Shown: piece after piece, positions 48,001 through 56,925 of the stretch | Position numbering within the stretch: the first letter of the stretch is position 1 | How the letters are laid out: each line of letters opens with the position of its first letter | Assembly: GCA_963809385.1 (NCBI GenBank) | Contig: CAWEJL010000002.1 | Coordinates: 135,640 to 199,639, forward strand | Length of the DNA stretch: 64,000 nt | Direction of reading: 5' to 3' | DNA from: an uncultured Chloroflexia bacterium | Lineage (GTDB): Bacteria; Chloroflexota; Ktedonobacteria; Ktedonobacterales; JADMIN01 | The notes under the pieces: generated by a model | The model's database searches: none | What the model saw: the letters and a program-made list of their open reading frames with translations, nothing else | What the model was told of the DNA's origin: nothing | Made by a program: the position numbers and the translations under genes

Positions 48001-49517
48001 CTAATGCGCGCTGTCCTCAGCGAGCGACGCCGCGAGCGCGCGGAAGCGGCGGTACTTCGCCTGGTAGCGAGCTGTCTCAACTGGGCGTGGCTCGATGCGC
48101 GGCGCGCCCGCAAGCTCCGCCGCTCCGACCTCCCCAGCCTGCTCCCACGTGCGGGAGCCAGCGGCAATGTCCGCCAGTAGCGCGGCCCCTCGCGCGGAGG
48201 CGTCCACATCGCTCGCCGGGATGAGCGGTATGCCGAGGATGTCAGCGGCGAGCTGGGCGATCCAGAGCTTTGGAACACGCCGCCAGTGGCGATCACCGCT
48301 TCTGGTGATGTGGCGCCATCCACGACCTGTTCGACGAGCCAGGCGGCGTTGAACAGCACGCCCTCCACAGCGGCGCGCAGCGCGTCAGCGGCGGTATGCT
48401 CCGCGCGCAGGCCCACCAGCGCGCCGCTCGTCTCGCCGCTCCAGAGCGGGGCGCGCTCGCCCGCGATGTAGGGCAGGAAGAGCAGCCCCTCCGCGTGGGC
48501 GTGGCTAGCTTCCTCCAGCGCGTCTGATAAGCCAGCGGACGCGGCGGAGCCTGACCAGCGCGCCAGCAGGTTGTGATACATCCACTCCAGTGTGACTCCG
48601 CCACAGTTGCTGGCCGCGCCAGCGACAAAGCGGCCTGGCCCCATGACGTAGCAGAAGACGCGGGTGGCGGGATTGGTGAGCGGTTGCGCCACGCCGCGCC
48701 GGACGGCGAGGCTGGTGCCAATCGTCAACACCAACCGCCGCTCATCGAGCGCGCCCGCGCCCAGGTTCGCCAGCGCGCCGTCCGAGCCGCCGGTGGCGAA
48801 CAGTGTTCCGGCGTCCAGCCCCAGGCGGCGCGCTGTCGCTGGCGGAAGGTCTTGTCGCGCGTAGGTCGTGGGAACGATATGCGGCAAGCGGTCAGCCGTG
48901 ATGCCAGCCAGCGCCAGCGCTTCGCCGTCCCACTGGCCCGTTCGAAGGTTGTAGAGTCCCGTGGCGCTGGCAAGTGAGGCGTCCACCGCCCACTCGCCGA
49001 ACCAGCGGCGCCACAGCCACTCCTTCAGCCCGGCGAACATCACCGCGCGCTGGAAGAGATCGGGCCGCGCGCGCCGCAGCCAGATCAGCTTGGCGAGCGG
49101 CGACATGGCGTGAACGGGCGTCCCCGTGCGGGCGTAGACCGCCGGGCCAGCGGGCGTGCGCCACAGCGCCTCAACGTCGGGCTGCGGGCGCAGGTCAGCC
49201 CAGGTCATCGCCGGGGCCAGCGGCGCGCCATTCGGCCCAATGGGGATGAGGCTATGCATCGCCGCGCTGATGCCCACCCGGCGCACGGTGTAGCCCTCGC
49301 CGCGAGCGGCCATAGCCGCCTCCGCCAGCGCTTCCTCCGCCGCGTCCGCCACCCGCTCCGGATCAAGCTCCGCCGCGCCATTCGCGCCGCGCGACAGGCT
49401 GGCAGGCCGCTCGGCGCGCGCGAGGGGATGGCCGTACACATCGAAGGCGATGGCCTTGATGCTGGTAGTGCCTAGATCCAGCCCGATCACCGCCTCGCGG
49501 TTGCCGCTCTCCCGCAT
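48001..49517 (-). CDS. FGGY-family carbohydrate kinase (gluconokinase/xylulokinase-like), apparent frameshift near 48262-48273
   Basis: VIGLDLGTTSIKAIAFD (N-terminal actin-fold motif) and ATGG near the C-terminus. The track frame then becomes noise. ORF 48001-48207 and its upstream extension read LWIAQLAADILGIPLIPASDVDASARGAALLA, the expected FGGY C-terminus. Confidence 0.75.
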
Positions 49518-49611
49518 CGCGCGCCTCCTCCAGCCAGTGAGCGGCCCGCGCCGCCTGGCTTTATCATAGCCCACCACGGCGGGCGAAGGTCCGCCACAGG
49601 CGCGGGCCGCA

Positions 49612-49620
49612 TGGTAGGAT
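49612..49620 (+). promoter_or_regulatory. Extended -10-like TGgTAGGAT upstream of the thyX-tmk-GNAT operon
   Basis: tggtaggat lies 55 nt before ATG 49675. Confidence 0.35.
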
Positions 49621-49674
49621 GGAGGGAGCGCAGGGCGCGGACGCCTGCCGCGCGAGTCAGGGGAGCCAGTCACG

Positions 49675-50460
49675 ATGCATATCATCACCGAGCCAGAAAT
49701 CTACATTGTTGGGCGGCAGACGATAGATAGCGAGGCGGTCCAGCGCTTCCTGACCGACCACGAAACCTCCTGGGAGACGGACAGCGAACGCGGCTCCGAG
49801 CTGATCGTCGAGCTAGCCGGGCGCACCTGTTACATGAGCTTCGGCAGTCACCAATTCCGCAAGACGAACGCTGACTATATCAACAATCTGGTCGGTCAGG
49901 GACACGGCTCAGTGCTAGAGCACGCCGTGTGGGACCTGCTGATTACCGGCGTCTCGCGCAGCTTCACCCACGAGCTGGTGCGACATCGCGCCGGCACCGC
50001 GTTTTCCCAGTTGAGTCAGCGGTACGTTGACGAGTCCACCGCCGACTTCGTCGAGCCGGGGATCATCGCCGCCGATCCTGAGCTGCATGCGACCTGGCTA
50101 GCCGCCATTGAGGGCATGCACGAGTCGTACAAGACGCTCGTGGAAAAGCTGGCGGCGAAGGTGCAGGCGGAGCATCCCGACCTGGGACGGACAGCGCGTA
50201 TGAAAATGGCCCGCGAGGCGGCGCGCAGCGTGCTACCCAACGCGACCGAGACGAAGCTGATGTTCTCCGCCAACGCCCGCGCGCTGCGCTGGATCATGAC
50301 GCTGCGCGGCGGCGAGGGCGCGGAGCCGGAGATCCGGCGGTTCGCGGTCAAGCTGGCGCGCGTGATGCGCGAGGAAGCGCCAGTGCTGTTCGGTGATATG
50401 GAAATCGTGCGCCTGCCCGACGGCTCGGAGGGTGTGCGCTCCAGCCACCAGAAGGTCTGA
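49675..50460 (+). CDS. thyX: FAD-dependent thymidylate synthase
   Basis: ThyX motif RSFTHELVRHRAGTAFSQLSQRY (RHRxxSxxxxSxR). 261 aa. Confidence 0.9.
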   Translation: MHIITEPEIYIVGRQTIDSEAVQRFLTDHETSWETDSERGSELIVELAGRTCYMSFGSHQFRKTNADYINNLVGQGHGSVLEHAVWDLLITGVSRSFTHELVRHRAGTAFSQLSQRYVDESTADFVEPGIIAADPELHATWLAAIEGMHESYKTLVEKLAAKVQAEHPDLGRTARMKMAREAARSVLPNATETKLMFSANARALRWIMTLRGGEGAEPEIRRFAVKLARVMREEAPVLFGDMEIVRLPDGSEGVRSSHQKV

Positions 50461-50466
50461 TCGCTG

Positions 50467-51153
50467 ATGACACGCTTTTTCATCACCTTCGAGGGCGGCG
50501 ACGGCTCCGGCAAATCCACCCAGGCGCGTCTGCTCGCGGCTCATCTGGAGGCGGCGGGCGGCGCCGTCCGGCTGACGCGCGAACCGGGCGGCACGCCGCT
50601 GGCCGGGGCGATGCGCGCGTTGTTGCTGCACCCTGAAGCGAGCCTCCAGGCGCTGGCGCACGCGAACCTGACGGCTGGCGAGGAGACTGCCGAGCCAATG
50701 CTGCCGCTGACAGAGGCGTTGCTGCTCTCGGCGGCGCGCGCGCAGCATGTGGCGCGCATCCGAGCATGGCTGGATGTGGGCGACACCGTCATCAGCGACC
50801 GCTATGCCGACGCGACGCTGGCCTACCAGGGCTACGCACGCGGCTATGACCTCGACGCGCTGCGGACGCTGGAGCGGCTGGCGACAGACGGTCTGCGCCC
50901 CGACCTGACGCTGCTGCTGGATGTCCCGGTTGAGGAGGGACAGCGTCGCAAGCGCGCGGGCCACGAGGACGGCGACGAACTGAACCGCCTGGACACCGAG
51001 GCGCTGACCTTCCACCAGCGCGTGCGCGACGGCTACCTGACCCTGGCGCGTGAAGAGCCTTCCCGCTGGGCCATCCTCGACGCCACTACCGCGCCCGGCG
51101 CACTCGCGGAACAGATCTGGCGCGCGGTGAGCGAGCGGCTGAACCTGGCGTGA
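50467..51153 (+). CDS. tmk: Thymidylate kinase
   Basis: FITFEGGDGSGKSTQ P-loop, DRY motif (ISDRYADAT) and LID region. It starts 6 nt after the thyX stop. Confidence 0.9.
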   Translation: MTRFFITFEGGDGSGKSTQARLLAAHLEAAGGAVRLTREPGGTPLAGAMRALLLHPEASLQALAHANLTAGEETAEPMLPLTEALLLSAARAQHVARIRAWLDVGDTVISDRYADATLAYQGYARGYDLDALRTLERLATDGLRPDLTLLLDVPVEEGQRRKRAGHEDGDELNRLDTEALTFHQRVRDGYLTLAREEPSRWAILDATTAPGALAEQIWRAVSERLNLA

Positions 51154-51165
51154 GGAAGCGCGGCT

Positions 51166-51720
51166 ATGCGCATCACCGACCTGCGACCCAGCGATGAGGA
51201 GATCATCCAGCAAGTGGCGGCGTTGCTCATGGAGGGCTTCTCCGCCAACTGGCCAGAATATTTGCCTGATATGGACTCGGCGCTGCGTGAGGTGCGAAAG
51301 TCCTTCGGCGAGGGTCGCATCAGCCTGGTGGCGCTGTCTGAGGATGGGACAGCGCTGGGCTGGATTGGCGGCATCAGCCAGTACAGCGGCCATGTGTGGG
51401 AGCTACATCCGCTGGTCGTAGCGGTCAGCCACCAGGGAAAGGGCATCGGACGGGCGCTGGTATATGCGCTGGAGCAGCAAGCGCACGAGCGCAGCGGCCT
51501 GACAATCACCCTCGGCACGGACGATGTCACAGGCCAGACGACGCTTTCGGGCGTCAACCTGCTGCCCGATGTCTGGGGTCACATCGCGCGCATACAAAAC
51601 CTGCGCCGCCATCCCTATGCGTTCTATCAGAAATTGGGCTATGTCATCACCGGCGTTGTCCCCGACGCGAACGGGCTGGGCAAGCCTGACATCCTGATGG
51701 CGAAATCGCTCGCGCGGTAA
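51166..51720 (+). CDS. GNAT N-acetyltransferase resembling the AAC(6')-Ii aminoglycoside acetyltransferase subfamily
   Basis: WELHPLVVAVSHQGKGIGRALV, LGTDD...TTLS and IQNLRRHPYAFYQKLGYVITGVVPDANGLGKPDILMAK match, from memory, the blocks of Enterococcus AAC(6')-Ii. Confidence 0.7.
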   Translation: MRITDLRPSDEEIIQQVAALLMEGFSANWPEYLPDMDSALREVRKSFGEGRISLVALSEDGTALGWIGGISQYSGHVWELHPLVVAVSHQGKGIGRALVYALEQQAHERSGLTITLGTDDVTGQTTLSGVNLLPDVWGHIARIQNLRRHPYAFYQKLGYVITGVVPDANGLGKPDILMAKSLAR

Positions 51721-51738
51721 GGTCGCGCGTGGGGCGCG

Positions 51739-51747
51739 TGGTATACT
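51739..51747 (+). promoter_or_regulatory. Extended -10 TGgTATACT upstream of ffh
   Basis: tggtatact lies 100 nt before ATG 51847. Confidence 0.4.
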
Positions 51748-51846
51748 ACGCTCGGGTCCACAAGCCTTGCGCGCCAGGAATAAACAGGCGCGGGCAGAGC
51801 TAATCATCACCAATCCATCAGGGCCTTTTCAGGAGGCGCGCGCCAT

Positions 51847-53244
51847 ATGTTTGAGAGTCTCTCCCAGCGGCTGGAGTCCGTATTCGACCGGCTGCGCGGC
51901 AAGGGCAAGGTCACCGAGCAGGACGTTACCGAGGCCATGCGTGAGGTGCGCCAGGCGCTGCTGGAGGCCGATGTCAACTTCAAGCTGGTGAAGCAGTTCG
52001 TCGCGCGCGTGCAGGAGCGGGCGGTCGGTGTTGATGTGCTGGAGAGCCTCTCGCCCGCACAGCAGGTCATCGGCATCGTACATGACGAGTTGGTGAAGAT
52101 GCTCGGCGGCGAAGCCGGGCCACAAGCCTCGCAGATCACCTTCGCCGGGGCGCCGCCAACAATCATCCTGATGGTCGGCCTGCAAGGCTCCGGTAAGACG
52201 ACGCATACCGCCAAGCTGGCCGCCTATTTCCGCAAGAATGGCCAGAAGCCTGGCATGGTCGCCGCCGACATGCAGCGACCAGCGGCGGTTGAGCAACTCA
52301 AGCAACTGGGCCGCCAGCTCGACATACCCGTCTATTCCGAGCCAGCGGGCGCGAAGCCCGTGGACATCGCCCAGCGCTCCGTCAAGTGGGCGCGAGAGCA
52401 AGCGGTCACGCTGCTGCTGATTGACACGGCGGGCCGCCTGCATATTGACGAAGACCTGATGCGCGAGGTCGCCACGATCCGCGATCGCGTCCAGCCGAAC
52501 GAATCGCTGCTGGTAGTGGACGCGATGACCGGCCAGGATGCGGTGCGCGTCGCCGACGAGTTTAACAAGACCGTCGGGCTGACCGGACTCATCCTGACCA
52601 AAATGGACGGCGACGCGCGCGGCGGCGCGGCGCTCTCCGTGCGCGAAGTAACCGGCGTACCGATCAAGTTCATGGGCACGGGCGAGAAGACCGACGCGCT
52701 AGAGCCGTTCTATCCCGACCGGCTGGCGACGCGCATCCTCGGCATGGGCGATGTGATGTCGCTGATCGAGCGCGCGCGCGAACAGATTGACGAGAAGGAA
52801 GCCGTCAAGCTGCAAAAGAAGATGGGCCAGGGAAACTTCGACCTCGAAGACTTCCTCAACCAGATGCGTCAGCTCAAGAAGATGGGGCCACTCAGTCAGT
52901 TGCTGGAGATGATTCCGGGCATGGGCTCGGCGCTACGCGACCCGGAGGTCAAAAAGGCGCTCGAAGGCGACCAGATGAAGCACACCGAGGCGATCATCCT
53001 CTCGATGACGCCCCAGGAGCGGCGCGACCCCGACATCATCAACGCCAGCCGCAAAAAGCGTATCGCCAAGGGGTGTGGGCTGACCGTACAAGACGTGAAC
53101 CAGTTGCTCAACTCCTTCAAGCAGACACAAAAGATGATGAAGCAGATGATGGGCATGCAGAAGAGCGTGGGCGGGCGCAAAGGACGGCGCGGCATGGGCG
53201 CTCTGGGTGGCGGCATGGGTGGTGGCATGCCCTTCGGCTTCTGA
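51847..53244 (+). CDS. ffh: Signal recognition particle protein
   Basis: MFESLSQRLESVFDRLRGKGK, GTPase motifs GLQGSGKTT / DTAGR / TKMDGD, and the Met-rich M domain with a Gly/Met tail. Confidence 0.95.
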   Translation: MFESLSQRLESVFDRLRGKGKVTEQDVTEAMREVRQALLEADVNFKLVKQFVARVQERAVGVDVLESLSPAQQVIGIVHDELVKMLGGEAGPQASQITFAGAPPTIILMVGLQGSGKTTHTAKLAAYFRKNGQKPGMVAADMQRPAAVEQLKQLGRQLDIPVYSEPAGAKPVDIAQRSVKWAREQAVTLLLIDTAGRLHIDEDLMREVATIRDRVQPNESLLVVDAMTGQDAVRVADEFNKTVGLTGLILTKMDGDARGGAALSVREVTGVPIKFMGTGEKTDALEPFYPDRLATRILGMGDVMSLIERAREQIDEKEAVKLQKKMGQGNFDLEDFLNQMRQLKKMGPLSQLLEMIPGMGSALRDPEVKKALEGDQMKHTEAIILSMTPQERRDPDIINASRKKRIAKGCGLTVQDVNQLLNSFKQTQKMMKQMMGMQKSVGGRKGRRGMGALGGGMGGGMPFGF

Positions 53245-53306
53245 GCGCCCACTGAGACCTGGTACGCCAGTTAGTCCCGCGCGTTACTGGCGCCGCCTGG
53301 TGGCCG

Positions 53307-53314
53307 TGTAAGAT
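53307..53314 (+). promoter_or_regulatory. TG-adjacent -10 box TGTAAGAT upstream of the L,D-transpeptidase gene
   Basis: tgtaagat lies 80 nt before ATG 53394. Confidence 0.3.
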
Positions 53315-53393
53315 TTAACGAGAGCGACATCATGCGCCGGGGGAGATCCCCCCGGCGCCGCTTGTGCTGGCGTGCGGCAGGCGTGGGTGGCGG

Positions 53394-55091
53394 ATGAGCC
53401 CACAGGCGACTCAGGAGGTTCCAACGGTGACGAGGCAAGGCGGGCGGTTACGCGCGGCGCTAACCGCAGTGATAGGCGTGAGCGTCGTCTCGATGCTGCT
53501 GGCCGCGTGCGGCCCGTCGCAGGGCCAGGCGCAGGCGGACCAGAACAAGGCGAAGCTCGACCGCGAGCTGACCCATGCCAAGAACGACCTGGGCATCCCC
53601 AATGCGCTGCTCCAGCCAATCGAAGCGCAAGAGACCAAGATTTCCTCCGGAGAAGGTGGCTGGTCCTACAATTATCAAGACGCCGCCTCGAACTACACGC
53701 TGCTCTATACCCAGCTCGTCGGCGTCGAACAGACGGCGGGGCAAACGCTCAAGCAGCAGGCCACCGACGACATCCAGGCCTTTTCCATCGCCATCACCAG
53801 CCGCCGGGCGGACGGTTTCGACCAGGCGATCATCGGCGTCTATCAAACCAGACTCGATCAGGCGAGCAACGATTTCAACGCGGCGCAAAAGCCCGGTGAC
53901 TTCGCCCGCGTTGACACCTTCGCGCGCCAGCAGACCGAGGCGCTGAACGCGATGGGGCCGGCCTATGATAAGCTGCAGGAGTTTCACAAGATCATCCTGG
54001 TCATCGCCAGCGCTGGCTACTCCTCGATCCTGGCCCAGAACCTCTACCAGTCGGATGTCGCCGCATTCACCGCCGCGCTGTCCGCATCTTCCTATAATGC
54101 GCTCGTGGATGCGATTGACGGCCAGATCACCCAACTGGAGGCCGATCAGACCGAAGCGCTGCCGTATATCGGCTCGACGCTGCTCGACTTGTTCCAGGGA
54201 AAAATCTCCCTGCTGAAATCGTACGGTGGAAACGCTTCCCCCTTCCAGGCGGAATACGATCAGGACGTCGCTCAATTCAAATCAGCGACTTCCTTGGCCG
54301 ACTACCTGGCCCTCTCCCATACGATCAACAAACAGGCCGAAAGCATGGCGCTGGCCCTCAATCGCGCAGGAGCGCAGCACTTCCTCCAGTTGCTCGCAAC
54401 ATCAGTCGCGTATGTCAACACGCATGACTTGATGCTCGATCCTGCGAATGGCGTCTACTACCCGGACGCCTACGAATACTCCAGTCCGTTCTGGGGCCTT
54501 TCCGATGCGCAGCAGGTGTTCAATAACGCCCAAACACTCAGCGATTATTATCACGCTTTCAATTACGCCCATCAACTCTATCTGTGCATCCTTGCCTTGC
54601 AGGACGATCTGAACGACAAGACGCCTCATTACCTGCCGCACGCCGCTGACCTGACGCTGATTAATAATTTCGGTCTGACCGGCAAGGTCGTCGTCGTGTC
54701 GCTGCGCGAGCAAACCGCGCGCTTCTACCAAAACGGCAAGTTGGTGTACTGGTCCTACGTGACGAGTGGCAACATCACCACACCGTCCGTGCCAGGACTG
54801 AACTATGCGATGTACAAGCTTCAGCACACGACCTTCATCTCGCCTGATCCGCCTGGCTCGCCGGAATGGTACGCGCCGACGCCGATCAATTTCGCCATCG
54901 CCTACGCTCCCGGCGGCTACTTCCTGCACGACGCCTGGTGGCGCGCGGAGTTCGGCCCCTACACCAATCTGCCTCACTGGGACCCCGCAGCCTTCAATGG
55001 CGGCTCGCACGGCTGCGTGAACTTCCCACTGAGCAACATGAGCAAGGTCTACAGCATGGTGGATGTGAACGAGCCGATAATCCTCTATTAG
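53394..55091 (+). CDS. L,D-transpeptidase (YkuD domain) lipoprotein with long N-terminal helical region
   Basis: Lipobox-like VVSMLLAAC. The C-terminal YkuD catalytic block is HDAWWR...GGSHGCVNFP (HxxxxxxSxGC-type). Confidence 0.75.
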   Translation: MSPQATQEVPTVTRQGGRLRAALTAVIGVSVVSMLLAACGPSQGQAQADQNKAKLDRELTHAKNDLGIPNALLQPIEAQETKISSGEGGWSYNYQDAASNYTLLYTQLVGVEQTAGQTLKQQATDDIQAFSIAITSRRADGFDQAIIGVYQTRLDQASNDFNAAQKPGDFARVDTFARQQTEALNAMGPAYDKLQEFHKIILVIASAGYSSILAQNLYQSDVAAFTAALSASSYNALVDAIDGQITQLEADQTEALPYIGSTLLDLFQGKISLLKSYGGNASPFQAEYDQDVAQFKSATSLADYLALSHTINKQAESMALALNRAGAQHFLQLLATSVAYVNTHDLMLDPANGVYYPDAYEYSSPFWGLSDAQQVFNNAQTLSDYYHAFNYAHQLYLCILALQDDLNDKTPHYLPHAADLTLINNFGLTGKVVVVSLREQTARFYQNGKLVYWSYVTSGNITTPSVPGLNYAMYKLQHTTFISPDPPGSPEWYAPTPINFAIAYAPGGYFLHDAWWRAEFGPYTNLPHWDPAAFNGGSHGCVNFPLSNMSKVYSMVDVNEPIILY

Positions 55092-55125
55092 CCGCCAGAT
55101 ACAGGCGACCGACGCATCTCTCAAC

Positions 55126-55156
55126 GGGGCTGGCGCACTTCTGGTATGCCAGCCCC
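55126..55156 (+). terminator. Hairpin after the L,D-transpeptidase gene
   Basis: 9-bp stem ggggctggc / gccagcccc with a 13-nt loop, followed by gctggcttgtttg. It lies 35 nt after the stop at 55091. Confidence 0.45.
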
Positions 55157-55200
55157 GCTGGCTTGTTTGACCCAGGCGCCACGACCTTGTAGCTACGCGC

Positions 55201-55238
55201 AAAACAGCGCCGCTCCCGGCGTGAGCGCGGGAGCGGCG
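55201..55238 (-). terminator. Rho-independent terminator after rpoD
   Basis: 11-bp perfect stem cgccgctcccg / cgggagcggcg (55208-55238), followed on the minus strand by cTGTTTT (plus-strand aaaaca at 55201-55206). It lies 40 nt after the stop. Confidence 0.65.
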
Positions 55239-55277
55239 AGATGAGGATGAATGCGGTTGTTTGGATGCTCTCTATGA

Positions 55278-56900
55278 CTAGTCGAGGTAGTCGCGGAGGC
55301 GATGACTGCGGCTAGGGTGGCGCAGCTTCCGCAGGGCTTTGGCCTCGATCTGGCGGATGCGCTCACGGGTGACGTTGAACTCGCGCCCGACTTCTTCCAG
55401 CGTGCGGCTGCGGCCATCGTCCAGGCCGTAGCGCAGACGGATGACTTCCTGCTCGCGCTGGGTCAGGCTGCCCAGGGCGTCTTTCATCTGCTCGCGCAGC
55501 ATCTGATGGTTGGCGGCCTCGGCAGGCGCCAGCGCGGCGTGGTCTTCGAGGAAATCGCCGAGGTGACTGTCATCCTCCTCGCCGATGGGTGTCTCCAGGC
55601 TGACCGGCTCCTGGCTGACTTTGATGATCTCGCGCACACGATCAGGGGTAATCTCCATCGCCGCCGCGATCTCCTCCGCCGCGGGCTCGCGCCCAAGCTC
55701 CTGGAGCAGACGGCGACTGGTGCGGATCAGGCGGTTGATGGTCTCCACCATGTGGACGGGGATACGGATGGTGCGCGCCTGATCGGCGATGGCGCGAGTG
55801 ATGGCCTGGCGAATCCACCAGGTGGCGTAGGTCGAGAACTTGTAGCCTTTGGTATAGTCAAATTTCTCGACGGCGCGAATCAGGCCGATGTTGCCTTCCT
55901 GGATGAGATCCAGCAAGTTCATCCCCCGCCCAATGTATTTCTTGGCGACGCTGACCACCAGTCGCAGGTTGGCCTCTGTGAGCTTGCGTTGGGCCTCCTC
56001 GGCATCGAAGAGAATACGCAGGCTTTGCTGAGCGCGGGGCTTCTGCCGCTCTTCTTTGCCGCGCTCCATACGCTTGGCGAGCGACACTTCCTGCTCGGCT
56101 GAGAGGAGCGGCACACGCCCAATCTCGCGCAAGTACATGCGCACGGGATCATCGAGATTACTGTCGAGCTCGGCGGCCAGGACCGTCAGGCCACGCAGGT
56201 CTTCCCACTTCGAGGAGCTGACGCCAGGGTCAAGCTCTTCTACCGGAACGGGGACGCTCCAGGCGTCTTTCGTCGGGTCCAACGGGTCAACTGCCATAGG
56301 CCCTTCCTGTAGTAGGTACATGTCGTCGAACGACACGTCCTCCTCCGCGAGTGCGTCATCTGTGTGGTTTAAACCACCAAGCTTCAGCGATACATCACCG
56401 AACGGCGCATCGTCCGCGGCGTCCAGGTGGCGAGGCTCGCCATCCTGATCGTCTTCATCGTCGCGCCCATCCTGGGAGCTAAGGTCACTACGGCGACCGC
56501 GCGATCGCCCAGCCTCACGGTCTGGCGTCGCGAGCCCCACAGATCCCGACCGCGCCGGTGGCGCCGGCCTTCGCTCGCCTCGCGCGCCGGAAATCTCTAC
56601 AGCATCTACTGTATGTAACGCGCTGAGGGCTAGAAGAGAACACCCCTCCATCGCTTCCGGGAGGATATCTGTGTCTGGAGTGGGTAAATCCAGCGTGGCG
56701 GACGCGAACGCATGACTGAGATCAGACCGACCGCGGCTGGATACGTCCGCTCCATTGGTGTTCACGCTCCGTTTCACGCGGCGTGACCGCGCGGGCGTGT
56801 TCTCGATCGCATCATGCGCGCCGGCGCCATAGCCCGGCGCCTCCAGGACGCCCTCGCCCTGGCCGCGCGCGTCTCGCGCGTCCCGTTTCCGCTTGACCAT
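55278..56900 (-). CDS. rpoD: Primary RNA polymerase sigma-70 factor with extended acidic/basic N-terminal region
   Basis: Region 1.2 [11 protein letters not shown], region 2 [12 protein letters not shown]...[11 protein letters not shown]...[14 protein letters not shown], and region 4 [20 protein letters not shown] 56898-56900 follows GGGAGG, 25 nt after the dnaG stop. Confidence 0.9.
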   Translation of the reverse strand: MVKRKRDARDARGQGEGVLEAPGYGAGAHDAIENTPARSRRVKRSVNTNGADVSSRGRSDLSHAFASATLDLPTPDTDILPEAMEGCSLLALSALHTVDAVEISGARGERRPAPPARSGSVGLATPDREAGRSRGRRSDLSSQDGRDDEDDQDGEPRHLDAADDAPFGDVSLKLGGLNHTDDALAEEDVSFDDMYLLQEGPMAVDPLDPTKDAWSVPVPVEELDPGVSSSKWEDLRGLTVLAAELDSNLDDPVRMYLREIGRVPLLSAEQEVSLAKRMERGKEERQKPRAQQSLRILFDAEEAQRKLTEANLRLVVSVAKKYIGRGMNLLDLIQEGNIGLIRAVEKFDYTKGYKFSTYATWWIRQAITRAIADQARTIRIPVHMVETINRLIRTSRRLLQELGREPAAEEIAAAMEITPDRVREIIKVSQEPVSLETPIGEEDDSHLGDFLEDHAALAPAEAANHQMLREQMKDALGSLTQREQEVIRLRYGLDDGRSRTLEEVGREFNVTRERIRQIEAKALRKLRHPSRSHRLRDYLD

Positions 56901-56925
56901 CCTGTCGCTAACCTCCCGAGGGCGT

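Noticed and set aside
50233-51393. 386-aa minus-strand ORF across thyX 3' end, tmk and the GNAT 5' end
   Set aside because: It is antisense to three well-supported genes, and its Arg/Gln/Ala-rich composition is typical of GC-rich antisense frames. The same reasoning rejects 44270-45232 (antisense to gyrB), 53460-54275 and 54402-55202 (antisense to ldt), 40430-41368, 19575-20624 and 22620-23630.
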